DNA from: Candidatus Methanomethylicia archaeon
GTDB lineage: Archaea; Thermoproteota; Methanomethylicia; CALHIW01
Length of the DNA: 59,504 nt
Direction of reading: 5' to 3'
Assembly: GCA_038845975.1 (NCBI GenBank)
Contig: JAWBQF010000017.1
Span: 1 to 59,504 of the forward strand
Shown: one piece after another, positions 1 through 10,880 of the stretch
Layout of the letters: the number at the start of each line of letters is the position of its first letter
How positions within the stretch are numbered: position 1 is the first letter of the stretch
Translations under genes and position numbers: made by a program
The notes under the pieces: model-generated
What the model was told of the DNA's origin: nothing
Databases searched by the model: none
The model's input: the letters and a program-made list of their open reading frames with translations, nothing else

Positions 1-1489
1 GATTCCTATGCTTGAACCATCAACACCACAGGAAGCTAAAGATATGGTTTTATATGCATTTAAGCTCTCTGAAGAGTTTAACCTACCAGTATTAATAAGA
101 GGATACACTAGACTCGGTCACTCCAGCGGAGATGTTATTCTAGGAGAAATTAGGAAAGTAGATAGAAAAGCATTTCTCGATAAAAATATTTTCTTCTCTG
201 CTGGTGGAAGTGGCTTCTCACCTGTACTACATATGGAGAAGCATAGAAAAATCTATAGGATAGAAAGTGAATTTGAAAAGTCTTCATGGAATACATATAT
301 TGGACCTGAAAATCCTGAGCTACTAATTATAACATCCGGTGCTGGATATACTTACACTACTGAGGCATGTAGAATATTAAATCTTAACGGAAAAGTTGGA
401 GTCCTAAAAATAGGTACACTCTATCCAATACCTAAAAGATTAATTGAGAAATATTTAAATATAACTAGTAAAGTATTATTTGTTGAAGAGATAGATCCAT
501 ATCTTGAAGAATACATTAAAGCTTTAAGCGCAGATCTCGAATTTAAGGTAAAGTTTTTCGGTAAAATGACAAATCATATCCCCATAGTAGGTGAACTTAA
601 TCCAGATATAGTTGTAAGCTCAATTGTAAACATTTTAAAATGCAGCTATACCTCTATACCCCAATCCTATAAGGAGATTTTAGGGGAGATTAGCAATTAC
701 ATACCTACCCGTTCATTAACTTTCTGTCCAGGATGTCCACATAGAGCTACATATTGGTGTATTATAAAAGCTATAAGAAGAAACAGTAATAAAGGATATG
801 TTACTGGAGATATTGGCTGCTATGCACTTGGTCGAAGCTATCATGGTATTATGAAAACCCTACACTGTATGGGAGCAAGCATTGGGCTGGCTAGTGGCTT
901 CGGAGTACTTAAAAGATTTGGACTGGATGAACCTATAGTAGCTGTAATTGGAGATTCAACATTCTACCATGCAGGTATACCTGCCCTAATAAACATCCTA
1001 TATAACGGATCGAAAGCTACAATATGCATTCTAGATAACAGCACTACAGCAATGACTGGTTTTCAACCTCATCCAGGATCTGGTGTTAATGCTTTAGGTG
1101 ATGAAGCACCATACATAAGTATTGAGAATATAGTTAAAGCTATAGGATTTAGAAATATAAGTATTATAGATCCATTCAATGTAGAAGAGGCTACAGAAGC
1201 AGTATATAAAGCCATAACCTCAGGGGAGAACAACATACTAATATTTAGACGTAAATGTATGATGCTTACAGTAAGGGAGATGATGGAAAAGGGATTAAAA
1301 ATCAATAAATATACAATAGATCATGATAAATGTAGGAGTAAGAGAAGCTGTAAACTCTGTTTAGAGTTTAACTGTCCAGCTATATATAGTATGGATGGTG
1401 TAACTGATATAGATCAAACATTATGTAATGGCTGCGGTGTATGTGCTCAAATATGTCCATTCCAAGCTATACATAAGCTAGGTGACTAA
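1..1489 (+). CDS. iorA: Indolepyruvate ferredoxin oxidoreductase alpha subunit (5' end outside window)
   Basis: FCPGCPHR, GDIGCY and the TPP-binding motif GDSTFYH...LDNSTTAMTG; C-terminal ferredoxin Cys motif CNGCGVCAQICP. The frame is open from the window edge, so the N-terminus is missing. Confidence 0.92.
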   Translation, partial: IPMLEPSTPQEAKDMVLYAFKLSEEFNLPVLIRGYTRLGHSSGDVILGEIRKVDRKAFLDKNIFFSAGGSGFSPVLHMEKHRKIYRIESEFEKSSWNTYIGPENPELLIITSGAGYTYTTEACRILNLNGKVGVLKIGTLYPIPKRLIEKYLNITSKVLFVEEIDPYLEEYIKALSADLEFKVKFFGKMTNHIPIVGELNPDIVVSSIVNILKCSYTSIPQSYKEILGEISNYIPTRSLTFCPGCPHRATYWCIIKAIRRNSNKGYVTGDIGCYALGRSYHGIMKTLHCMGASIGLASGFGVLKRFGLDEPIVAVIGDSTFYHAGIPALINILYNGSKATICILDNSTTAMTGFQPHPGSGVNALGDEAPYISIENIVKAIGFRNISIIDPFNVEEATEAVYKAITSGENNILIFRRKCMMLTVREMMEKGLKINKYTIDHDKCRSKRSCKLCLEFNCPAIYSMDGVTDIDQTLCNGCGVCAQICPFQAIHKLGD

Positions 1490-2092
1490 ATGTATCAATT
1501 ACCTATTAGAATTCTTATAGCAGGGGTTGGAGGACAAGGTAATGTATTAGCTTCAAGAATAATTGGATGGGCTGCTATTGAAAGCGGATACCATGTAAGG
1601 ATAGGTGATGTATTTGGAGCTGCTCAAAGAGGTGGATCAGTACAATCCCATATTACAATAGACATTAATAATGTATTACCGCCGCAAATACCATATTATA
1701 AAGCTAATATAATATTAGGTTTTGAACCATTAGAGACATTAAGAGCATGTATTAAATACTCAAACCAGGAATGCACAGTAATAATGAATATTAAGCCAGT
1801 ATATCCAGTAGATGTACTAACTGGAAAGTTGAAATACCCCAATTTAGACTATATCACTAGTAATATTAGTAAACTATGTAGAAAACTATGGGCTATTAAT
1901 GCTTCTGAGCTTTCAGTTAAGGCAGGTAATCCAGCAACTCTAAATATGGTTATGCTAGGAGCACTTGCAGGCTCCGAGTTAACACCAATAGAGATAGATA
2001 CATATAGAAGTAGTATCTCTAAAGTAGTAAGGAGGTTAATAAATGAAAACCTTAAAGCCTTCAAACTAGGTACTGAAGCTATAACTACCTAA
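1490..2092 (+). CDS. iorB: Indolepyruvate ferredoxin oxidoreductase beta subunit
   Basis: AGVGGQG, GAAQRGGSVQSH and NMVMLGA motifs; directly abuts iorA. Confidence 0.92.
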   Translation: MYQLPIRILIAGVGGQGNVLASRIIGWAAIESGYHVRIGDVFGAAQRGGSVQSHITIDINNVLPPQIPYYKANIILGFEPLETLRACIKYSNQECTVIMNIKPVYPVDVLTGKLKYPNLDYITSNISKLCRKLWAINASELSVKAGNPATLNMVMLGALAGSELTPIEIDTYRSSISKVVRRLINENLKAFKLGTEAITT

Positions 2093-2316
2093 AAACTAGT
2101 TTAGCAAACAAGTTTAAGCTAATACAGACTATAAATAGTAATGGTTAAAGAATTTATGATGTTGTGAACTCTATGCCTTAAACTAATTAATGTTCTTTTA
2201 ATTCTTACTAATTGTGGTAATTTATTTGCAATATTTCTGCTTAACAATTTCTCTAATAGTATTTAGGGAATTGTTCCTGTTTCTCTATAAACCTCTACTA
2301 AAGCTTGATGATGGCT

Positions 2317-3801
2317 TCAAGTATTACTGCTGGTTAAATGTTTATACATGTATGGCGAATTCCCTAGTACTGTATATCCTAGTGATCTATAATACTCTCT
2401 AACACCTATACCTGAAATTATATACATGTGATGACAGTTAAATTCCTCTAGTGCTATTCTTTCAGCTTCAATAAGCATTCCTCTACCTAGACTTTTATGT
2501 TGCCACCATAGTTCCCCCTCATATTTAACTCCTACTGGTACTTGGTATCCATATACATGTAGTTCTCTAACTATTGAGCATCTACCTATTTTAAACTCCC
2601 ATCTATGAGCTTTACCTGATGGTATTCTAAGTCTTAGTATCGAGTAGAGAGTATCGTTTTCATCCTCGTATGATAGGAAAACTTCATATCCCTCGCTAGC
2701 CTCATAATCTATCCTAGATAGTTTTAGCTTCTTCTGTTTTGGTGTTTCCATTGTTTTCAATATGTAGTGTCCAACTTCACGACATCTAATACATTTACAT
2801 TTCCATTTCCGCTTCTCCATGTAGTCTAGAACTAGCTGTCTTAAATTACCTGTTTTAGGTCCTGCTGCAACCCACTGTAGTGGAATATCTCTACCAACTC
2901 TAACAATTCTAACATACTTAGGCACTATTCTCTTCATTTCAGCTATAAGTTTAATAGTTTCATCAATAGTGTATGCTTCATATTCCCCTTTCCTCCACAT
3001 CTCATAAAGCTCGGTTCCAGGTATTACTAGTGTTGGATATATCTTTAGCTGATCTGGCTTAAATTTTGAATCTTCAAATATAGTTTTAAACATTTCAAAA
3101 TCTTTATCTAGATCTGAGTTAGGTAATCCAGGCATTATATGGTAGCAAACTTTAAACCCTGAATCCTTCAGTATTCTTGTTGCTTCTATAACATCCTCAA
3201 CTCTATGTCCTCTCTTCACCTTTGCTAAAATATCATCATCTATAGCTTGAACCCCTATCTCGCATCTTGTAGCTCCAAGGTAAAGCATGAAATCTACTTG
3301 AGGCTCCTTAGCCCAGTCTGGTCTGGTTTCTATTGTAAGTCCAATACATCTAGCCTTAGCATACTCGTTTTTTCTATGTGCCTCTTTAATGCTAGTTTCC
3401 TCATTAACCTCCTTAAAGAACGGATAGCCATTAAGTGCTTCAAAACATCTAGCTATAAACCATTCTTGATAGCTTTGAGGCATAGCTGGAAAGGTACCTC
3501 CCATAACTATAAGTTCAACCTTACTCGGCTCATGCCCCATATCCCTATAGTTAATTAGCCTAGCCTTAACCTGCTCGAAGGGGTCATAGTTTAAAGGTTT
3601 AGCTCTCATTACAACAGGACTTTCAGGAACATAGCTTTGAGGTGTTGCCTCACTCCAGTAAACACCACCAGGACAATATATACATCTACCGTGAGGACAT
3701 GGATAAGGCTTCGTCATAACAGCAACTACAGTAACACCGCTAACTGATCTAACAGGCTTCTTTACGCTCCTCATAGCGTTTCCATATACTTTTCCAATCA
3801 T
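2317..3801 (-). CDS. elp3: tRNA uridine(34) acetyltransferase Elp3 (radical SAM + GNAT)
   Basis: KKPVRSVSGV, CPHGRCIYCPGG, ETRPD, LKIYPT, RELHVYG, QHKSLG, ISGIGVREYY. An alternative start at 3774 is possible. Confidence 0.95.
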   Translation of the reverse strand: MIGKVYGNAMRSVKKPVRSVSGVTVVAVMTKPYPCPHGRCIYCPGGVYWSEATPQSYVPESPVVMRAKPLNYDPFEQVKARLINYRDMGHEPSKVELIVMGGTFPAMPQSYQEWFIARCFEALNGYPFFKEVNEETSIKEAHRKNEYAKARCIGLTIETRPDWAKEPQVDFMLYLGATRCEIGVQAIDDDILAKVKRGHRVEDVIEATRILKDSGFKVCYHIMPGLPNSDLDKDFEMFKTIFEDSKFKPDQLKIYPTLVIPGTELYEMWRKGEYEAYTIDETIKLIAEMKRIVPKYVRIVRVGRDIPLQWVAAGPKTGNLRQLVLDYMEKRKWKCKCIRCREVGHYILKTMETPKQKKLKLSRIDYEASEGYEVFLSYEDENDTLYSILRLRIPSGKAHRWEFKIGRCSIVRELHVYGYQVPVGVKYEGELWWQHKSLGRGMLIEAERIALEEFNCHHMYIISGIGVREYYRSLGYTVLGNSPYMYKHLTSSNT

Positions 3802-4157
3802 AGCTTAAATACTATAATAATTCACCCAGTAACTTAAGCTTTTAACGCTTTAGAATTCAGCTATGTTCTTGTCTCAGTAAATGATTATTCCACAAGATTG
3901 TGGAGAGGATGATGAATAGAAGCCTAAATATCTTTAAAAGATGGTTTCTAGAACTGCTTAAAGTACCATTACTGCAAGCTCATAGCTATTCTATCTTAAC
4001 GATAGAATTGCTTCAAAAGAAATCGTTGAAATATATTGAAGCCTAAAAGATGTTTAAGGCGAATTTACTATTTCTAATTTTATGTGGAGATCCTATAGAG
4101 GAATGATATGTAGTTTGTACTGTGAACTTACATTGTGAGTCTAGCTTTATTTAGGTT

Positions 4158-4217
4158 GTACTTGTGAACTTAAGTCATCAATTACATATACTTCTCATAT
4201 TTAAAGTTCATAGAGTC
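4158..4217. mobile_element. ~60 bp mini-MITE with IS6-like ends, copy 1
   Basis: Ends (gtacttgtgaactta...taaagttcatagagtc) and internal sequence are similar to the copies at 16106 and 31571. Confidence 0.55.
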
Positions 4218-4274
4218 TTTACTGTAAGAGTTAAATTTATTAGTTGGTTTATGATGGATTAAATTGGTGTTTAA

Positions 4275-4682
4275 TTGTCTGAAGTATTGTATGAGTTTGA
4301 TGCATCAGCTCTTAAGTCATCTGATAGATTTAGAAGAGTTCTCCGCTCGTTGAGTTTATGGATTTTAGAGCTTATTATAATTCTAGCTATAATGTATATG
4401 TTTGGACTTATAGGTTTAATTATAGCATTTCTAATTATCTTCCTCCTACCAACACCCTTCGCTATGGTTCCAAGTAGATATAAGATTATTGGTAAAAGTA
4501 TTATATGTGATGATAGAAGGGAAATTCCTATTCAAAACTGGTTTAGAGTTAGAACTAATGAAAGTAGAAGTTATGTTTCAATACATCATCCCCGTAGAGG
4601 TGAAATATTAAGACTATATACTTCAGAGCCTACTAGGCTTCTAGAAGTAATTAAAGAAGTAATGAGTACTCTTACCTCCTAA
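4275..4682 (+). CDS. Hypothetical membrane protein (N-terminal TM hairpin + small soluble domain)
   Basis: 135 aa ORF with TTG start, a GGTG RBS upstream and one long hydrophobic stretch. Confidence 0.7.
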   Translation: MSEVLYEFDASALKSSDRFRRVLRSLSLWILELIIILAIMYMFGLIGLIIAFLIIFLLPTPFAMVPSRYKIIGKSIICDDRREIPIQNWFRVRTNESRSYVSIHHPRRGEILRLYTSEPTRLLEVIKEVMSTLTS

Positions 4683-5190
4683 CACGTTATTATCTTACTG
4701 TAGAGCTATAGATCATTAAACTCAACATATGTGTAGGTTACTGTACATTGTTTCTGTAAACTTTAAATATGGAGATAAATGTATTTAATAGCTTAAGTTA
4801 ATAAGACTATAGTATTCTTGAGTTGCTTATTAAACCATAATCTTAACTTCAATATATCCTACTAATTGTAACTCACTAAATTTTATTCGAAACATCATAG
4901 TTGTTTACTTAAGTTTTCAGTTGGTTAATGATTGTTTATGTTTAGTTTTAAGATGGTTCTGAATTAATTCATAAACTCATTTATGAATTAATCTATTATA
5001 TTAAACTTCTATATTTAGAGTAAGCTTCTAATTCTTCTAGCTATCTCTCCTTAATAGTAAGATAGTTCTTCTTCAGAATAAATAACTTGTAGAAACATAA
5101 CTATAAGCTTGACCAGTCAGTTAAAAACTTAAGTAAGATACTACTTTATATTTAGATTAAAGATTTAAGGAGGCTTTAATACTTTACTTT

Positions 5191-6150
5191 ATGCCTGAAG
5201 TTATCTCTTTAGGAGAGCCTATGGTTGAGTTTTGCGCAACATCTAGAGGTCCTCTTAAATCTATTGAGTTTTTTGAGAGAGGTTGGGGTGGTGATGTATC
5301 GAATGTTATTGTTGCTGTTTCAAGACTTGGACATAGGTCAGGTATTATGTGTCGGATTGGAAACGATGAATTTGGAGAGTGTTTTCTAGAAATGTGGAAG
5401 AGTGAAGGAGTTGATACTAGTCATGTTATTGTGGAAAGCAATGCCTTTACTGCTGTTTACTTCATTTCAATAAGAGAGGATGGAGGGCACGAGTTTACAT
5501 ATTATAGAGCAAACTCAGCTGCAAGTCATTTTTCACCTGAAGATTTAGATTTAAACTATATATCTGAGGCAAGAATTCTTCATGTTAGTGGAATAACTCA
5601 AGCAATAAGTAGCTCATGTAGGGAAGCTACCTTTAAAGCTATTGAGGCTGCAAGGGAAAGTAATGTTTTAGTATCTTATGATCCAAATATTAGGTTAAAG
5701 CTATGGTCATTAAATCTAGCTAAAGCTATTGTTTCCTATACTATAGGTATGGTTGATTTCGTATTGTTAACTGGAGATGAGGCTAAGCTAATTACTGGTA
5801 TAGATAATGTTAGGGATGCAGCTCTAAAAATATTGGAGTTCGGCCCTAAGGTAGTTGTTTTAAAACTTGGCGGGGAAGGATGTCTTGTAGCTACTAGTAG
5901 CGATGTTGTTAGAGCTCCAGCATATAGAGTGGAAATTATAGATACTACTGGTGCTGGTGATGCTTTTGACGCTGCCTTTATAGTTGGAATTCTTGAAAAC
6001 ATGTCTCTACAAAGAATAGCCTACTTCGCTAATATAGCTGCAGCATTGAAATGTAGGGGGAGAGGTGCTGTAAAGCCTTTACCATATAGATGGGAGGTTG
6101 ATAAGGTTTTAAATAAGCTAGAGGAAAGCTATAAAAACTTTAAGAGTTAG
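5191..6150 (+). CDS. PfkB-family sugar kinase (2-keto-3-deoxygluconate kinase-like)
   Basis: GEPMVEF, GGDVSNV, YDPNIR and the PfkB signature DTTGAGDAF. Confidence 0.9.
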   Translation: MPEVISLGEPMVEFCATSRGPLKSIEFFERGWGGDVSNVIVAVSRLGHRSGIMCRIGNDEFGECFLEMWKSEGVDTSHVIVESNAFTAVYFISIREDGGHEFTYYRANSAASHFSPEDLDLNYISEARILHVSGITQAISSSCREATFKAIEAARESNVLVSYDPNIRLKLWSLNLAKAIVSYTIGMVDFVLLTGDEAKLITGIDNVRDAALKILEFGPKVVVLKLGGEGCLVATSSDVVRAPAYRVEIIDTTGAGDAFDAAFIVGILENMSLQRIAYFANIAAALKCRGRGAVKPLPYRWEVDKVLNKLEESYKNFKS

Positions 6151-6157
6151 AGTATAT

Positions 6158-6898
6158 GTGCTTCCAGTTATAGTTGTTAAGGGTTTTAATCTTCCCACAG
6201 TATGGGAGGAAAGCATATTTAGGCTTTGGAATAGTGGGGTTTCAAGCTTTAAGGAGTCCTACAAGTATGGTGTTGAAAAGGATAGTATTAAGGAGTGTTC
6301 TATGCTTATGATTGTTGAGAAGCCGTTGGAGGAACCTAGAGTTCACTTAGGATATTCTGGTCTTTCAGGATTGAGAAAATATGTTGATGCTGTAATTAAC
6401 GGTTCAGAGGATTATCTTATCGGTAAAACCTTAACATATACATATCATGAGAGACACTTCAACTATACAGTTCCAAGCCTTAAACCTATAAATCAAATAG
6501 AGTATATAGCTAAATATCTTAAATCTAAACCATTCTCTAATAGATGTATTTCAGTAACTTGGAAGCCATGGATTGATGAGGATTCTAGTGCTCCACCATG
6601 TAATATTGCATTATGGCTTAAAGTTGTTGATGGAAAGCTTATTATGGAAACATTTTGGAGGAGTAGAGATGCATTTAATGCTGCATTTGCAAATATGTAT
6701 GCTTTTACTGAGCTTCAGAGAAGAATAGCTGAGGAACTGAATATTGAGGCTGGTTTATATGTGGATTATTCAACTAGCTATCATATTTACGAATCCGACT
6801 TCAATCTCGTAGAGCAATTCCTGAAAACAATAAGCTATAGAAGGGATAAGGGTGAAAAGATATATGTAAATTCAAGTTTTCTAAATGGTTTTAAATAA
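6158..6898 (+). CDS. thyA: Archaeal-type thymidylate synthase family protein
   Basis: YTYHER, catalytic PPC, RSRD...AAFAN (Asn typical of dUMP specificity), SYHIYE. Confidence 0.8.
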   Translation: MLPVIVVKGFNLPTVWEESIFRLWNSGVSSFKESYKYGVEKDSIKECSMLMIVEKPLEEPRVHLGYSGLSGLRKYVDAVINGSEDYLIGKTLTYTYHERHFNYTVPSLKPINQIEYIAKYLKSKPFSNRCISVTWKPWIDEDSSAPPCNIALWLKVVDGKLIMETFWRSRDAFNAAFANMYAFTELQRRIAEELNIEAGLYVDYSTSYHIYESDFNLVEQFLKTISYRRDKGEKIYVNSSFLNGFK

Positions 6899-7286
6899 TT
6901 ATCTCTCCCGTACTCAATACTTCAACTTCATCTCCACTTCTTATGTATAGTTGAGGCTTCGGTTTAACCATATCTATTAGTGGTATACTTGATATTAAAC
7001 ATCCTGAAGCTATAACTGGATCAGCTGTCCTCCATAGTAGTATTGCTTTAGGTGATAGATTTCTCTTTTTCAATGCATATATTACCCAAGCACTAACAGT
7101 TGATCCTCTAGTATATGGTAGTATAAGTATTTTGTTTGTTACTGTATGGCCGTATATATCACTATCCCTCCCTATAATTAATCCTGATGCTTTATCAATA
7201 TCTCCATAGAATGATAATGGCTTAGATGAGACAAGAGCTTCTCCCCTAGCCTCCCCTTCAGATATGATTCTTCCCTTTAGCTTCAC
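6891..7286 (-). CDS. Aconitase X swivel subunit (DUF126; phosphomevalonate dehydratase small subunit-like)
   Basis: GEARGEALVS..PLSFYGDID and RGSTVS motifs; coupled to the DUF521 gene. Confidence 0.88.
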   Translation of the reverse strand: MKLKGRIISEGEARGEALVSSKPLSFYGDIDKASGLIIGRDSDIYGHTVTNKILILPYTRGSTVSAWVIYALKKRNLSPKAILLWRTADPVIASGCLISSIPLIDMVKPKPQLYIRSGDEVEVLSTGEIII

Positions 7287-8446
7287 TACTCTAAAACCTC
7301 CCTAAGTAATGCCATAGCTTCTGCTATTTTTACGTTAATATTATGTAGTGATCTTATATAGTGTGCTGTTTTCATAGCGTTTGTACCAATTGTATGTTTA
7401 ATTTTTACTGGTGAAACTATAAGACATGTATCTATGAATACTTTTAATCCAGCGTCTTCAATTACTTTTATGAATCCATTATTGAATGCTTGAATATAGG
7501 CTGATTTTGAAGTACATAGCCATACTTCCTTCCCCCTAACTATTTTCCTTCCCTTAACCATTCTAGCTATCTCCTCGATTTCTTCAAGACATAGATGTGG
7601 ACATCCTAAAAATAGAATGCTGAAATCATCCTCAACGCTTAATTCATCAATAACGTCTTTAAACATATCCCTATCAAAATCTACAGTTTCCATATTTCCT
7701 CTCCTTCTGAATAAAGCCATTCCTACAGATCCTGAAGCTGATAATCCTGCTGAAAACTGTTTTTTCTCAGGTATGGTTTTAGGATATGCTTCTAGAATAA
7801 GTGGTATTCTTTCTCCGGAAACTCTTCCCGTAAAGTATCCTAAAACACTAAACTCTAATGCTCCTTTAACCTTAAAATTAGCTTTTACAGCTATTTCTGG
7901 CTTACGTTTTCTATCATTATGTAAACCATAGTATGCTGTTTTACCGGTTAGTGCTGAAGCTAATGCAGATATTCCGCTTTCCTTGTTTGTATATGCTTTA
8001 ATAAACGTGTTTGCATATATTACTGCTGAGGATTCAGCCCATGCTATATGGTCTTTTCTCATTGGTATATTATCGTATAGGTATGGTGTACATGTACATG
8101 TAGCTTTAACTCCTAAAGCCTCATATGCTTTGATGATTTTAGCCTGTTTATTATAGTATTCATCATCTACACCCATAAGCCTCCATTTAATAAGATCTAT
8201 TCCACATGGATTTAGTGTTGTTGGAACTTTAACTTTAACGTTTAGTGATGCTAGCTCTTCAAGAAATTCAAGCCCTTCATCACCAATATTACTGTATGAA
8301 ACACCGGATATATGTGCACTTTTAACATCTATGAGGTGGGTTGCATTTCCAATTTTCCCAAGTCCTATAATGATCTTCATAGCTCTTCTTAATCCATCAC
8401 CATAAATACCGTTAAGCATATCCTCTTCATGTTTTGTCAAAATCAT
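7286..8446 (-). CDS. Aconitase X catalytic subunit (DUF521; phosphomevalonate dehydratase large subunit-like)
   Basis: HISGVSY, TTLNP, CTCTPY, WAESSA, GCPH and DTC motifs. Confidence 0.9.
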   Translation of the reverse strand: MILTKHEEDMLNGIYGDGLRRAMKIIIGLGKIGNATHLIDVKSAHISGVSYSNIGDEGLEFLEELASLNVKVKVPTTLNPCGIDLIKWRLMGVDDEYYNKQAKIIKAYEALGVKATCTCTPYLYDNIPMRKDHIAWAESSAVIYANTFIKAYTNKESGISALASALTGKTAYYGLHNDRKRKPEIAVKANFKVKGALEFSVLGYFTGRVSGERIPLILEAYPKTIPEKKQFSAGLSASGSVGMALFRRRGNMETVDFDRDMFKDVIDELSVEDDFSILFLGCPHLCLEEIEEIARMVKGRKIVRGKEVWLCTSKSAYIQAFNNGFIKVIEDAGLKVFIDTCLIVSPVKIKHTIGTNAMKTAHYIRSLHNINVKIAEAMALLREVLE

Positions 8447-8450
8447 TTCA

Positions 8451-9356
8451 TCACCCTGCTCTTTTAAGTCTTCCAGTCATGCAGGATACGGATCCACCCC
8501 CCTTCATCAACTCACTAACATCTACCTCTATTATTTTAACTCCAATTTCTCTTAGATACTTTTTTGTTTCCTCAGCACCGTTAAGCGCCATTACTATCTT
8601 GTTCGGCTCTAAAGCAATAACGTTAGCAGCAAGATCAACTGTAGCTTCTTTAAGCGTTTTAACTTCAGCTATTTCAAAACCGTATTCCCTAATTTTCTTA
8701 ATGAAATCTGAGGGTACATGCCATGGTGAAAGCAGAGCTAAATCATTAGATATAATGTTAAACAGTCCATCAACATGTACTTGGCTTTCCGGTATTGGAA
8801 GCTTAATAAATTCTTTAACACCCATTGTTTGAAGAGTCTCTATAACTTGCCTAGCCCCCTCAATATTCGTTCTTTCACCAATACCTATAACTACTGTTTC
8901 CTCATTTATCCATATTAAATCAGCCCCCTCAAACAACCCGTATCCATGAATGGTCCTAATAATAGGTATATTAAGACTTATTAACGTCTTAGCTGTATAT
9001 TTAATTTCTCCCCTTCTAATCTTTAATGCTGGACGTGCTAGGATAGCTCCCTCAGGAGTCATAGTGAACTGATCGTGGACAAAATATCCATTAGGGCAGT
9101 TTACATCCATATCTTCAATATAGTAAACCCTTACATTATTAGATTTAAAAGCCTCAGCAAGCTGTTTATGTTGCTTTCTAGCCTTTTCAGGGTCTGTAAT
9201 AGGCTCTCTAAACCTTGCCTTAATGGGATTTACATTCTCTATCTCTCTACCAGGTTCTCTAAGTAGAACAGCTTCAAGTCTTGAAGTCTCAGAGCATAAT
9301 CCCCAATCCCCCCATAAACATTTCAAATCATTTCTAAACAATTCCTCCTCAGTCAT
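8451..9356 (-). CDS. Amidinotransferase / arginine deiminase / DDAH superfamily enzyme
   Basis: RRGE, FEGAD, ERTN, HVD and C-terminal GGGSVSCMT containing the catalytic Cys. Confidence 0.85.
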   Translation of the reverse strand: MTEEELFRNDLKCLWGDWGLCSETSRLEAVLLREPGREIENVNPIKARFREPITDPEKARKQHKQLAEAFKSNNVRVYYIEDMDVNCPNGYFVHDQFTMTPEGAILARPALKIRRGEIKYTAKTLISLNIPIIRTIHGYGLFEGADLIWINEETVVIGIGERTNIEGARQVIETLQTMGVKEFIKLPIPESQVHVDGLFNIISNDLALLSPWHVPSDFIKKIREYGFEIAEVKTLKEATVDLAANVIALEPNKIVMALNGAEETKKYLREIGVKIIEVDVSELMKGGGSVSCMTGRLKRAG

Positions 9357-9498
9357 AATTCTAAAATTACTATACTTATTTAAACTTTTAATACTGAGGC
9401 TTAACTATGTTCACATAATAGCTTCCATAACTATAATTCAGGCTTATGCCATAACCACAAACTTTTTATACATGTCTTCCTTGTAAACTTGATTGTAT

Positions 9499-10872
9499 AT
9501 GATTACAGATAATGTCGTTGAGGAGCTTAAGAGAATTGTTGGTTCAGATAATGTTTTAACTTCCTTTGAGGATCTATACTGCTATTCTCGTGATGCGTCT
9601 TGGTATAGTGCTATGCCTGAAATTGTTGTTCGCCCTCATTCTACTGAGGAGATTTCAAAGATTTTAAGACTAGCGAATGAGTTAAGAATTCCTATTGTAC
9701 CCCAAGGTGGTAGAACAAATTTAACTGGTGGTGCAATTCCTATTAAGGGCGGTATTGTTATAGATATGACTGGAATGAATAGAATTATTGAGATTAGTAG
9801 GATAAATATGATATGTATTGTTGAGGCAGGTGTAGTTCTTGGCGTTCTTGAGAAGGAGCTTGCTAGACATGGATTATTCTGGCCTCCAGATCCTGCTAGT
9901 ACTGATTCAGCTACTATTGGAGGTATTCTTGCTGAGGGTGCTGGTGGGCTTAGAGGAGCTAAGTACGGTACTACTAGGGATTGGGTTCTTGGACTTGAAG
10001 TTGTTCTTCCAACAGGTGATGTTATAAAGACAGGTTCAGCAACTCTTAAATGGTCTACGGGATATGATCTAACTAGACTGTTTATTAGGTCTGAAGGAAC
10101 TTTAGGAGTAATTACTAAAGCTATCTTAAAGCTTAGACCGCTTCCTGAAGCAATTGTTAGAATGACTGCTTTCTTCAATAGACTTGAGGATGTAGGTGTT
10201 GCTGTAGGTAAGATATGGGAGGCTGGAATTGTTCCATTAATAATGGAGCTGCTTGATAGGGGAGCAATAAAATCCGTTAATAACTATCTTAACCTCGAAC
10301 TTCCAGATGTTGAGGCTATGGTTATAATAGATATAGATGGTGTTAAAGGTGAAGTTGAGAAGCAAGCTAGTAGAGTGGAGAAGATTTTAATGGAGGCTGG
10401 AGCATTCGATGTTAAAATTGCATCAACAAAGGAGGAAATGGATAAGCTATATCTAGCACGTAGATCTGCTTATCCATCGTTATTTAGGGTTTTCAAGAAG
10501 ACAGCTATACCTGATGATACATGTGTACCAATAAGTAAGCTTCCTGAAGCTCTTAAGAGAGCTAAAGAAATATCTAGTAAATGGGGTGTACATACTATAT
10601 TTATAGGTCATATTGGTGATGGAAATATGCATCCAGTCTTCTGTGTCGATGTAGCTGATCCTAAAGAAGTTGATAAAGCATTGAAATGCTACGAGGAAAT
10701 ATGTAGAATGGTTTTAAGTCTTGGTGGAACTATTGCTGCTGAGCATGGTATAGGTATTGTGAAGAATAAGCTTATTGAGGAGGAATGCGGTGTTAAAGCT
10801 ATGGAGATTATGAAGGCCATCAAGAGGGTTTTCGACCCGAACAATATTATGAATCCAGATAAGTGGGTTTAG
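9499..10872 (+). CDS. FAD-linked 2-hydroxyacid oxidoreductase (GlcD / D-lactate dehydrogenase family)
   Basis: PPDPAS, ATIGG, GYDL..LFIRSEGTLG, GHIGDGNMH, AEHGIG, FDPNNIMNP. A TATA box at 9463-9470 favours the ATG at 9499. Confidence 0.92.
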   Translation: MITDNVVEELKRIVGSDNVLTSFEDLYCYSRDASWYSAMPEIVVRPHSTEEISKILRLANELRIPIVPQGGRTNLTGGAIPIKGGIVIDMTGMNRIIEISRINMICIVEAGVVLGVLEKELARHGLFWPPDPASTDSATIGGILAEGAGGLRGAKYGTTRDWVLGLEVVLPTGDVIKTGSATLKWSTGYDLTRLFIRSEGTLGVITKAILKLRPLPEAIVRMTAFFNRLEDVGVAVGKIWEAGIVPLIMELLDRGAIKSVNNYLNLELPDVEAMVIIDIDGVKGEVEKQASRVEKILMEAGAFDVKIASTKEEMDKLYLARRSAYPSLFRVFKKTAIPDDTCVPISKLPEALKRAKEISSKWGVHTIFIGHIGDGNMHPVFCVDVADPKEVDKALKCYEEICRMVLSLGGTIAAEHGIGIVKNKLIEEECGVKAMEIMKAIKRVFDPNNIMNPDKWV

Positions 10873-10880
10873 GTGGTTAT

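Noticed and set aside
3870-4110. Short ORF (VERMMNRSL...) as a transposase remnant
   Set aside because: Too degenerate to assign without a search.
6158-6898. ThyA homolog as a DNA hypermodification enzyme
   Set aside because: It retains the dUMP-type Asn and has no neighbouring modification or viral genes; a housekeeping role is simpler.
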